A stretch of 63,969 nt of DNA. It comes from Vitrella brassicaformis CCMP3155 (lineage: Eukaryota > Protista > Chromerida). The notes under the pieces were generated by a model. The model made no database searches and was not told the DNA's origin. It worked only from the letters and a program-made list of their open reading frames with translations. The stretch covers positions 1 to 63,969 of the forward strand of contig CDMY01000646.1 of assembly GCA_001179505.1 (NCBI GenBank), read 5' to 3'. Position numbers and translations under genes: made by a program. Numbering within the stretch: position 1 is the stretch's first letter; every line of letters begins with the position of its first letter. Of the stretch, positions 12,057-23,084 are shown in pieces.

Positions 12057-13784
12057 ATGACGACTCCCGCTGACCGTGTGGGCGAGGTGTGTGCGACGTG
12101 TGTGGTTCCGTGTGCTGATGGCACCGGCGGCATCTGCGGCAAGCAGAATTTGGCCACGGGGGGCACATCCACCACTTCTGGGCCGCTGGCGGGAAGCAAC
12201 CGGTGGCTGGTGACGGAGGAGTACACTCGACTGCGGCTTTATGGTGAGATCGACCCCAGGGAACCGCTGAAACGGTGAGTGAGTGAGTGAAGCGAGTACG
12301 GCATCCATCCGTTGATGTTGTGTATTGATGCATCAGTTTGGTGGATGAGATGCGTCGCTTCGTGAATGACTGGAAGTCGTTCGAGGCCGCTGGAGAGATG
12401 GACCCCTTCTGGCACCGCAAGTCGAGCAAGACCGTCCTGGCAGTTGTTATGGTCGTCAACAAAAGCGGCCAGGAGATGTTCTACAGGGGCATGAACTCTG
12501 AGATTTCCCTACCCTCAGGTACCATTTGCACGAACCACTGGCAGGAAATACGTGTGGATGCCTCCGTCTCGGTGTGTGCAGGTTCCAATTGTGCGGAGCG
12601 TTCGGCCATATCGACGTGCATATCGAATTCGCTCGACGTGCGGCGCAGCGACTTCCGCGCTATCGCCGTGGCGGATCCCAAGGACGAGCTCAACCCAATC
12701 GCACCTTGTGGAGTGTGCGACGAATGGCTCCAGAAAATACAGGCAAGGACGCACACAACACACGACACAGACAGAGACGGCCGTGTGGATGCATTGGTTG
12801 ATTGATGATGTGTTCAGGAGGAGTCCCCCGGGTTTTCGATTGTGACGTTCACCACGTCCGAGTGCAACGAGATACGCGAGAGATGCCCCCGGCTCTTCCA
12901 GAAGGAGATGCCGCCCTCAGAGGCCCCGCCGCATCTCCGTGAGAACTGGGCGTGTCGGCTGTGCGCCTTCCAGTACAACCCGCCCCGCGTCGCAAGATGT
13001 CAGCAGTGCCGCGAACCTAGATTCAGATTCAGGTCACACACACGCACACACTAGAACCATTCAGATTCAAATTGACGCGACTGCTTCTAACCTGCAGACA
13101 CTAATGAATGCGTATCTGTGTGTGTGTGTGCAGGCCCAGGAATCGTAAGGAGCGCATCAGGGTGATGGGGTTGATGAAGAGCGACATCAGCGGCGTCGAG
13201 TCGGTGGAGCTCGAGCGTCAGGTGGAGGCGGGGGTGCTCCCCGAGATCGACAGCGAGAGCCTCCAACGAATACTCAACGACCTCAGGTCAGTTCAATCTC
13301 AACACAGACACGCGCGCCCCCATAACGTGCATCCCTCCCTCTCCTTGCGTGCAGGTCGCTCAAGTTCATTGAGAAGGCGTGGCCGCCCGCCTCAACGCCA
13401 CGGCACCGGGGGTCGGGATGCATGGCCTCGACGGGTGCCACCCTTCCCGTCCCGGCACCTGCGGGAGGGGCAGGCGGGGTCAGATATCGGCTGACGGCTT
13501 TGGGGAGGGATTACTTAGAGAGGACGACCGAGCTCAGCGAACTGGCAGTCGTCCCCTATGTGTGTGAGAGACAGAAGACTGCCTCTCCCTGCCCTTTGCG
13601 TGTTGCGCGTCGCCTCTTGCGTGTTGCATGTCGTATTCCCCGTGTCTTGCTGTGTCGATTCACTGGCTTCACTGCATTGCATTCCAAATATTGGTGTGTT
13701 ATGTCAGTCCCGTTGCAAATTAGCAGATGTGGTGTGGATGCGATTACAAGTCTTTTCTCTCTCGCATTCTGCACGTTTTCGTGA
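12057..13784 (+). CDS. Cytidine deaminase-like domain + RanBP2-type zinc finger + C-terminal winged helix
   Basis: Exons 12057-12274, 12337-12518, 12582-12742, 12818-13032, 13134-13286, 13355 onward splice in frame. Motifs GMNSEISLPSG|SNCAERSAI and PIAPCGVCDEWL; WACRLCAFQYNPPRVARCQQC; LQRILNDLRSLKFIE...YRLTALGRDYL. The 3' end is uncertain. Confidence 0.8.
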
Positions 13785-13799
13785 TCTTTTTTCCGATGG

Positions 13800-14230
13800 T
13801 AACCTGTGTGAGTCGTGTCTTCCTCATCACATCGTCCTGTCCATGCGATCGCTGCCGTATGTCGTGTGCCCGGGACCGTCCGCGGTATGTGTTCAGTGAG
13901 AGAGGGAGGAGTACGCGCGTGTCTCGATGATGTCTAGCGACTGACTGACTGAGTGAGGGATTGGTGACGTGTATGTGTGTGTCGTCAATGTGTGCCGTCA
14001 GAGAGGCCGATGGCGGGCAGGCGAAAGATATTGATTGTTGCGTTTTGAGCGTGTTGTGGTCGAAGAGTCAGGCCATCGTTCGATTCAGAAAGGCAGTGAA
14101 AAAGAAACAAGTACATGACAAAGTCAGAGAAGAAAGAAATATAGCAAGGCTTAAGAAAGCAAAGAAAGGAAAGAGAGTAAGAAAGAAAAGAAACGAAAAG
14201 ATCAGGTAAGAGGGATGCGAGACTCATTGC
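13800..14230 (+). repeat. Downstream flank duplicated at about 18655-19150
   Basis: Shared blocks such as CATCACATCGTCCTGTCCATGC, GAGAGAGGGAGGAGTACGCGCGTG and GAAGAGTCAGGCCATC..TCGATTCAGAAAGGCAGTGAAAAA. Confidence 0.9.
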
Positions 14231-14639
14231 GAGTTATCGGTACGAAACTGTTTGTGGTACAAGTTGATGACTGATGGTAACTTGTGTGTGCAGATGTGCG
14301 TGTGCATGCCGTGTGGGGTTGCTACCATATGCTTCTGCCTGTATGGTAGCACCACATTTGACGTGTTGATTCGTTTGATGCATTCGTGTCTACCCTGTCG
14401 ATTGACTTTGCTGATGTCAGTCCCGTTGCTGATTGACAGCAAAGGACGATGTGTGACGTGATATTTATGCACGTGATATTTATGCAATGAACGCATGAAA
14501 GCTCACTCTCAACACGTTTTCATAAGTGCAGCATTCGGTCAGCAATCAGTCAGCTATCACCCCACATACCCCATCGAGGCAGGGCGGGACATGAAGCAGA
14601 GCATACGGCAGCAAACAAAATAGGATGCGAATACATCAG

Positions 14640-15736
14640 TCACATTTTACTCACACCACAGCGAAGGCCCTGATCCAGTTGGGGCTCGCCGAGAAGCCAC
14701 TGACGCCGGACCCGGATGGCCTTCGGAGGGACGCTCATTGGATCAGCATGGTTGGCCATCCACTGCTGCATCACGTCCTCAATTTGGTGGTACTTCGGCT
14801 GTCTGTTGCGCTTCTTGTTTGTGTCGATGGCTTTCTTGCCCGGCGCCGGCTGCTTCTTCAGTTTGTGCCGCCACTGCTTGAACTGGCCAGGCTTGAGGCC
14901 CTTCTCTCGTTCGAACCGGGAAATGGTGATGCGCTCGCCGAACTTCTTCCGCCTTTCGAACTCCTCCACCAGCCGCAGCCGCTCGCCAATCGTCACCTCG
15001 CCGGCCCTCTCAGTGGGCACCTGCAAGACACACACACAAACACAGACAGCATTGGTGAGGCGACAGGCAGTGCGCGTATTTGGCAAGTGTGCATCACCTG
15101 CTGTGACGACTGGGGAGCCCTTCGTCTCGGTGAGTGCCGGAGTGGCGGGAGGGACTCTCCGCGATCTCGTGCGGACGGCTCAGGCGGCGGCCACATGACA
15201 TTGGGATGCATTTGGTAGGGCGGGAAGCCATAGTGAGTACGAGGATACTGACCACACACATGAGAGGACAATCACATCAACGAGTGGGCCTCTTTCCTTC
15301 GTTCTCTCACCTGAGGTGTCTGCTGCTGCATGGAGGGGTCGGCGATGGGGTGGCCGCTTGAATGGTGGCCTCCGCCATAGGGCAGATAAGAAACTGCCAG
15401 AGCACCGGCGTGTCGCTCCCATACATCATCTGTGGAACCACACAGTGCGTGATATCAGCCGTTCAGCTCACATGCGTGTCCATCGCGGCTCACTGTGATG
15501 CGACTGCTGAGTCATCCATTCACCAGCCGCACTCGCATCAAAATCACCTGGCACCTGCGAGGAAAGAGAAAGGAACAGATTCGCATCAGCACCACTGACT
15601 CCATCGCTGCACACACCTGTGTGTGAGTGTCATTGAAATGATGCCAGCGGTAATGATGCTCCTCGGCTCCCGTGGGATCATCATGAAATTCGCAGTCCCA
15701 CATTCCCTGTGGGCCAGATCTGCCTGAATCATCCAT
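14640..15736 (-). pseudogene. CENP-B/pogo-type HTH gene, copy C, frameshifted in the second HTH
   Basis: ATG 15736 (MDDSGRSGPQ); HTH exon paralogous to A and B. A 26-nt deletion relative to copy B near 14708-14714 moves GVSGFSASPNWIRAF out of frame. Confidence 0.6.
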
Positions 15737-16145
15737 CAGATGGCCTCCTTCAGGAAGGCCCTCCTTCCTTCGGCAGCCCTTTCAGGACAGCCTGAAGAGT
15801 CACACAGACATCAGCCAGATCAGCCAACTGGTGTGTGGCGGCAAGGCGCATCACCTGGTGGTCAGATCTGCTTGAGTCCAGTCCTCCATCACTCTCAGAA
15901 GGTGATGTGATCGTTTCTTTTTTCTGTTTTGTTTCTGAGAGGACCAGCGATTTCCTCAATGCGAGCGGTTTCACGGAGAGATTCCTCTCCAGGCTCTCTA
16001 ACCCTAACCCTACTCCTACGCCTGCTACGTCTCCTGCTCTCTCCATTCTCCACGCGGCGTCTGCCCTTGCCTCTTTGCGCTCTGCCCTTTTCCAAAGATC
16101 TCCACGAGTTTCCCTTATTCCTTCGTCGCAACGGTCCCCAACACC

Positions 16146-18286
16146 ATGATGGGTATGTCCTTCCAAGAACTATGGCGACGGGGCATCCGAGGCTTCTCGG
16201 ACAGCACAGCGGACGATGGAGATAGCGATACGCGGTGCGTTGATGCAATGAGTGTGCACACACGCACGAATCTTATGCGTGTGTGGTCTGTGTCTTTGTG
16301 TGTGGTCTATTCCTGTGTGTGGTCTATTCCTGTGTGTGTCTGTTGGTCAGATCAACTAACGAGAACACGGAGAACACAGCCCACAACTTCAAGACCAAGC
16401 TCTGCCAAAAGTGGCTGCGTGGGGCACTCTGCGAGCGAGGCGATCGCTGTCCGTTCGCTCACGGACGGCAGGATTTGCGGCAGCGCATACCGGAGTGGTG
16501 CAAGTTCCACAAACAAGGTACGCCACAGAACGCCACGTTGGCCACACCTCATTCGCTGAAACCGACAGGCCAATGCCGCCATGGCGACGGTTGTCACGCC
16601 GCCCACACTCAGGAGGAACTCGACTACTTGCGGTATGGCAGAGACGAATGGTCGATAACTTCACGATACAATCCACTTGTGCACTTGGTTTGCAGGGACC
16701 ATCCTGAGGTATGTCGGCCTCCACAAGGAACCAGGTGAGATTGGCATCGGTGTGAGGGATACAGCCACTGACCGCTGTGTGTGTCGTGCCTTGTTGCCGC
16801 GTGCAGGAGCTCTGCAAAGGACGACAGTCCGCCCAGACTCGACGGGGCCTCGGCGCCCAACGGTGAGCCACTGTGCATCCCTCGTGTCGGTGTGTGACTG
16901 ACGCCTCTGTGTGTGGTGTGTCCGCTGCGTTTCCCCTCTCTCTCTCTCTTTCTCTCTCCCTCTCTTTGTGTGTGTGTGGTCAGATCTCGGTAGTGGCAGC
17001 TGCTCTGGTCGGCCACAGCAGTTGCGCGGGAATGAGATCGAGACCACGTTCGACATGGAGTCATCGGTGAGATACCCATCCACACACACGCACACACACA
17101 CACACACACGGAACCGGCGGAGCACGTACACACGCGCCTCTCTGTGTGTGTGGTGTATGAGTTCAGGATGTGGCTGGTCTTTACATCGGCAAGGGCGGCT
17201 CGACCGTCACGGCCCTGCGCGATCGATGCGGCGGACGGGGTACGCACAGCACTGGAAGGCCGGATGAACCAAACATATGCACCTTGTGCTGTATGCGCTC
17301 GTGTGTTCAGATGTGATTGACATTGTCATCCCCCACCGAAACGACAACAGCACAATAATCAAAGTCAAAGGTCAGCCCATATAGATAGAGACACACAAAG
17401 GCCACGACAGGCACATGTCCCTTCTGTGTGATAACATTACAGGCCAGCCGGCTGCCGTAGCTAAGTGCCTCGAGGAGCTAGAGGCGATCAAGAAGCAATA
17501 CGAAGGGCGACTGCCTTCCGCTGGCACGCCGCCCCGCACAGCCACACCTACCGCACCCACACCCACGCCGGGGCGTGTGTCTCAACCACCTCTGAACGGA
17601 CCCCCAGCAACGACCATGAACAGGTACCATGACTGCCAGGCAGAGAGAGTGAGTAAGGTGAGTTATGTGTGTGTGTGTGTGCAGTCGAGGAGCTGCTGCC
17701 GTGATCATCGACTCGGCCTTCCTGGACAAAAGGCATGTTGCCCTCACGGGACGTTTCATGACGTCCGAGGGCTTCCAGTACCTAATCAGCTGCTTCGGCT
17801 ACAAATGGCCTCAGTATGAGATCACCCCCAACAGCACCTATGTGGTGAGCACACGGCCCGACGACATGAGCACCATGGCAGCCCAGAGAGCTCTCAAGAA
17901 CTTCCACAAGGGCATTGAACACATGGCCAAGATCCACGAGGCCCGGTATGGGAGATGCGACACACACATCATGGCGAGAGAACAGACGCACCTGCCCCCT
18001 CTTGTGTGTAGGGTGAAGTCAAATGGCAAGCAGAAGGGTGCTGACATCGCAATCGCTGACATGCTGAAAGACATGGCCGACGACCCCGAGATCGCAGCGG
18101 TGGTCTTCGTGGCTGGGGTATGTTGCACACATTCGTTTATCTATGGTCACCCGTGGTCATCTGTCATGCGATCGTTCTCCATTTCTCTTGCACTGAAGGA
18201 TGGCGACTTCGTGGAGACGCTGGAAAAGACTCAAGGTCAGAAGCCGGTCTTCTTGGTGACATCGGACGGGTCATACGAGTAAGTGT
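16146..18286 (+). CDS. Two CCCH zinc fingers + KH domain + NYN (LabA/DUF88-type PIN-like) ribonuclease; 3' end runs into a gap
   Basis: FKTKLCQKWLRGALCERGDRCPFAHG and WCKFHKQG|QCRHGDGCHAAH; spliced KH DVAGLYIGKGGSTVTALRDRCGG...IIKVKG|QPAAVAKCLEEL; NYN VIIDSAFLD...KQKGADIAI...VFVAG|DGDF. The last seen donor at 18279 leads into the N gap. Confidence 0.8.
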
Positions 18287-18586
18287 NNNNNNNNNNNNNN
18301 NNNNNNNNNNNNNNNNNNNNNNNNNNNNNNNNNNNNNNNNNNNNNNNNNNNNNNNNNNNNNNNNNNNNNNNNNNNNNNNNNNNNNNNNNNNNNNNNNNNN
18401 NNNNNNNNNNNNNNNNNNNNNNNNNNNNNNNNNNNNNNNNNNNNNNNNNNNNNNNNNNNNNNNNNNNNNNNNNNNNNNNNNNNNNNNNNNNNNNNNNNNN
18501 NNNNNNNNNNNNNNNNNNNNNNNNNNNNNNNNNNNNNNNNNNNNNNNNNNNNNNNNNNNNNNNNNNNNNNNNNNNNNNNNNNNNNN
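18287..18586. other. Assembly gap (300 N) followed by a G run
   Basis: Run of N. Confidence 0.99.
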
Positions 18587-18654
18587 GGGGGGGGGGGGAG
18601 GGCGGACGTGACACACCCGGACCGCCATTGATACAATGTGACTGTCTGTAATTT

Positions 18655-19150
18655 GTATGAGTCGTGTCTTTATCATTACATCTGTCGCTTTATCATTACA
18701 TCTGTCGCTTGCTTCATCACATCGTCCTGTCCATGCAATCGCTGCCTTGTGTAGCGTGGTATGTGTTCGGTGAGAGAGGGAGGAGTACGCGCGTGCCGCG
18801 ATGACGTCTAGCGACTGACTGACTGACTGAGTGACTGATTGGTGATGTGTATGTGTGCGTCGTCAATGTGTGTTGTCGTCGACTGACGGCCGCATTGGCT
18901 CACTTCACTTCAGAGAGAGGCCGATAGCGGGCAGCCCCGAGAGATATCGATCGGTACGAAACTGTGAGTGGAGTGTGGTTACGTTTTCAATCGGTGTTGC
19001 GTGCTGTGTGCCGAAGAGTCAGGCCATCTTTCGATTCAGAAAGGCAGTGAAAAACAAGGAAGTACAAAACAAAGTCAGATGAGAAAGAAATATAGAAAAG
19101 GAAGGGATGAAAGGTAGGAAGAAAAGAAGAGAAAAGATCAAGTAAAAAGA
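18655..19150 (+). repeat. Second copy of the 13800-14230 flank
   Basis: Direct visual alignment to 13800-14230. Confidence 0.9.
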
Positions 19151-20050
19151 ATGCGTGCTTGGCTGTGACCAGCACCCGATGTTCATCAACGACTCCCTGC
19201 CCAGGGATTTCTTCCTCTTATGCATTTGTGCTCTTGCTGTGGTTGGCTGTTCGTGTATCTGTTGTGGGTGCGTGCGGGTGTGCGTACGTGTGTGTGTGTG
19301 CGCATCGGACTGCATGGACACGGTAGCTCACGTAAGAGCACGCTTCATACAAACTGACGTCAGTTGCGTTCCTCTCCGTCTATTCAAGTGGCGCGAACAG
19401 CTTGCCCGGATATTGTGGTGACAATTTGAAAATGACATCACTCTCGACGAGTCACATTCATTTAGTCATGGACGCATGTCATAATACGCTCAACACACCC
19501 TGACACACACGTGGATGTACCAGATGGGGAGAGATGTGATAAGTGTGTGTGCGTGCGTCCAGCCCCCATCTGCTGCACTTCCCCAAAGTACCACAGATGT
19601 GACGCATGGATGGCAACATGATACGGACTGTACAACAGTGTACAACAGCATGAGAAATGACAGCAGACAGCGCAGACACAAAGAAGAGAAGAGAAGAGAA
19701 GATGCAGCCAATCAACCATACAACCGTAAAATCACAGTAATGCTGCGCCAATACAAACGACCTCAGCCCCAATCCGCACAACCAATAGCCCGATAGACAC
19801 AACAGCGAGCCATGGCATCAATCAATAAAAGCCACATTAAGACCAGTATGTGTGATACGGCATACATACATATATACATGCATCCATATCGGCTGGATGA
19901 ACGCAACACACACACACACCATCAAAGCATGTCATGTCGACATTTCTCACACCACAGTCAGCCTCCAGACTCGCCTCCGTTAGCCATGATGTCTCCGAAG
20001 CACAGCAGACACATTCGGCAAACAAGTGACATCATATACTCGAATTACAC

Positions 20051-22964
20051 CTACCCCGCCTTCGTTTCCCCCACCACGGCAAGCACGTCAACTTCATCAG
20101 CCATGAAGTACTTGCTACCCTCGAACACAGCACAGCCACGCTCATCCCTCACTCCTTCATAGCCCACAGGCACATGACCGCTCGGGATGCAATGACGGCA
20201 GCTGCGCATATCAGCAGCAGGGCCATAGCCGAAACCCAGCCAGCACGGCAGTCTCACACATCCATGCACATTTGAGCGTACAGCAGAGAAGAGAGAAGAC
20301 AATGCGACAGCAACGAAGAGGGGCTCGACACAGGACAGATGGTGAATTCACAAGTTTGCCACAAGTTTCACACACTTTCTTCCGAGGCAACATACAGAAA
20401 GTCACGGGAGGGCAGATGTCATAGCTTCCTGCTCACAGCAGCATAAACACGGAACACTACGCCAAACACCAACGACACACCGCCCCCTGCAAAAATACGG
20501 GCAGAACACCCAGTAGCAAAGTAAATGGCACAGACAGCTACTGCATTCCACAAGAAAATGCAAGAGAAGGCATCGACGTAGTGAGCGTCAAGCCACCGAT
20601 GCACCGGATCAAAAAAGCAGAAAAATGACATACAGCTCGCCATATCATCAGATGCCATCACTCTGAAGCAGAGTAAGGTCATGAACCCGCAGACGAGCGC
20701 TACCATCGGCCACAATACAAGCAATGTCAGTATTCCAGGCATTTCGTGTGGCTCCCACAGCCCCTCCCTAAACATCTTGACTGTCGGTATAATGCAATCA
20801 GTTAGCACCACCGCGCCTGCTATCAGCATCAGCAAGCAAAACCCCAGACGGCCCGAAAGGTGCGTCACATGTGACGAGGCTGATAACACGCCGTCCACGT
20901 GAATCACCTCCACTTCATCAGCCATTAGCACCTTACTGCCACCGAACAGAGCATTACCGCGGTCATCCCTCGGCCCCACATAGCCCTCGGGCGCATAAAA
21001 GCTGGAAATGCACTGCGAGTGTTGGCTGCGGATGAACTGCTGGCAGCTCCGCAGATCGTCCGTAGGGCCACTCCGATAGCAGCCATATCCCAACCACAGA
21101 CCCCCACACCCACCGATTCTGAGCTTTGCTCTCATTCCGAAGCCCGCTCCTTCCCTTCCGGCCACACACACTTGCTGTCTGCACTGCATCATCTTGGCCG
21201 GCTTGTCCGAGGGGCTGGGGAGGGAAAAATGCCACACAATCGTCTCGTACTTCTTCTTGCCTGTTGGAGTCTCCGGCAGCTTGATGCCATCCGCCATACA
21301 GGCCCCAAAGACATACTCGTCCTTCCTGATGACGAACACCAGGCCCTTGGCGTCGTCGACACATCGCAGCAGATCGGCGTAGCGACAGCCATCACGCGTC
21401 GCTCTGCAGTACGTGAAACAGAATGTCACATGAGGAAAGCAACAGATGGCAAACGCACCTGTAGACAAGACTTAGACTGCACTCTGTCGCCGGTCTGAGA
21501 AACTGGTGGAGTGCGCCGCATTGGAAGGGACTCAAACTGCAGCCATCGATAGCCTGCAGCCGATAGAGGTACATCAAACACATGAAAGCAACACTGATGC
21601 ACTCAGTTTTTTGCTGTGGGTGTGTGACCTTAAGCGGTGGGAGTGAGCGTCCATCAACATGAATAACCTCCAGTTCGTCAGCCGTAAGTACTTTCCAGCC
21701 AGCGAATAGAAGGAACTGTGGATCGCCCAGCTTCAAGCTGCGCTTTATACAGCAGCGGCGCATATTAGCTGCGTGGCCACGCCCACCATAACCCATAGAC
21801 AGAGACCGATTCATCAAGCCAATCATCGGCTCAGCTGTCCCCCAAGATCCTGTCCTCTTCTGCCCAGCCACACAAACGTCCTGCAACATTCGGGGGACTG
21901 GGATCTTGGTCGGTTCATCGAAGTATAGACCGGCAAGGGAGAAACACCACGAACTGCAGACGTAGTGGTTGACTCCTGCTGGATTCTCAGGCAGCTTGAT
22001 TCGGTCACTTATTCTGCCGCCGACAACACAGTCACCATCCCTGACGATGAACACCAGGCCCCTCGCATCGCCGACACACCGAAGGAAATCACTGTACAAT
22101 GGCCCGTCACGCGATGCCCTGGCAGACAAACGCACCCAAATGTCACTATCAATGTGTCCTATCAACGTGTCCCATCGTACGTCGTACCTGTAGAGCAGAG
22201 TGAATTCGCACTCGTCGTATTCGGACGGCACGACAAGAGACCGGAGGGCCGCACACTCAGCCGCACTCAGACTGCTGCCTTCGACCAGCTGGACATAGAA
22301 GGAGAGGCAAACAAGATCCGATTGCACGTGTCCATGATCGTATGCCGGTACTTGCCTGTATTGGCTCAGTCGCATCGCCATTCACTCCATCTACGGTGCT
22401 GCAGGCCGGTTGGACTGTCACGGTATCACCAGCCGCAGTCTGACAGCTGCCGACGATGGCCTGCAGGCAACACAGAACAGGCACACAGACAAAGATACGG
22501 CCACCAATTGACACTGCGTTGGCGAGTGGGTGTCGCATACGTGTGGTTGCTTGGCTGATCCTGTTTGTTGCGAGCATTGTGTATGAGGCCCCAGTCCCAG
22601 ACCGCCTTGCGGTGTTTCGTCGTCAGGCATATCAATCACGTAGTCAACATCCTGACGAGAGCGAACATAGAGAGGGACGAGATCAGGCTTATATGGCCAA
22701 CTGGTGCTCTCTCCCTTTGTGTTCTGACCTCTAGTGTGTCGGTCAGGCGCTCTTCGGCAGTGTTGGCGACGACAGACCTGGCCGACGAACGAGGTAGCTG
22801 CACGCATACACCAGACTATAAGCTGCCTGCGTGTCAGCGTGTGATCATTTCCTTAAAGGCCTCACCAGAGACGGCGGACCCTCCCGGTGGTCACGACCCT
22901 CAGGCTTGTGGATCTTGGTCGGTGGCCCTCTCTGGTTGGTCAGTCTCTCCACAAACGGCTCCAT
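20051..22964 (-). CDS. Multi-TLDc protein (two full and one partial TLDc) with an inserted multi-pass TM segment
   Basis: First exon MEPFVERLTNQRGPPTKI is paralogous to the exon at 8915. TLDc motifs YR|ASRDG...ADELEVIHV and YR|ATRDG...ADEVEVIHV; hydrophobic helices at about 20430-20850; half-domain ...FMADEVDVLAV at 20051-20270. Confidence 0.65.
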
Positions 22965-23084
22965 CTGATTGACAACAGGAACAGCTCAGATAAGCTGCTC
23001 GTTTGTCGAGAGGTGAATGGACCCTTTTAGCTTACGCTCGTGGTGTTTCGCTGAGAAGGCGACTGCTGGTCCAGCGGCCCATCG

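Noticed and set aside
13134-13530. Z-alpha domain (ADAR1-like) in the deaminase
   Set aside because: The helix pattern fits a generic winged helix, but the Z-alpha N, Y and PPxW signature is absent.
13961-14209. Lys/Arg-rich ORF resembling a ribosomal or NLS peptide
   Set aside because: Arises from a purine-rich tract; the duplicate at 18855-19082 stops earlier and diverges in frame.
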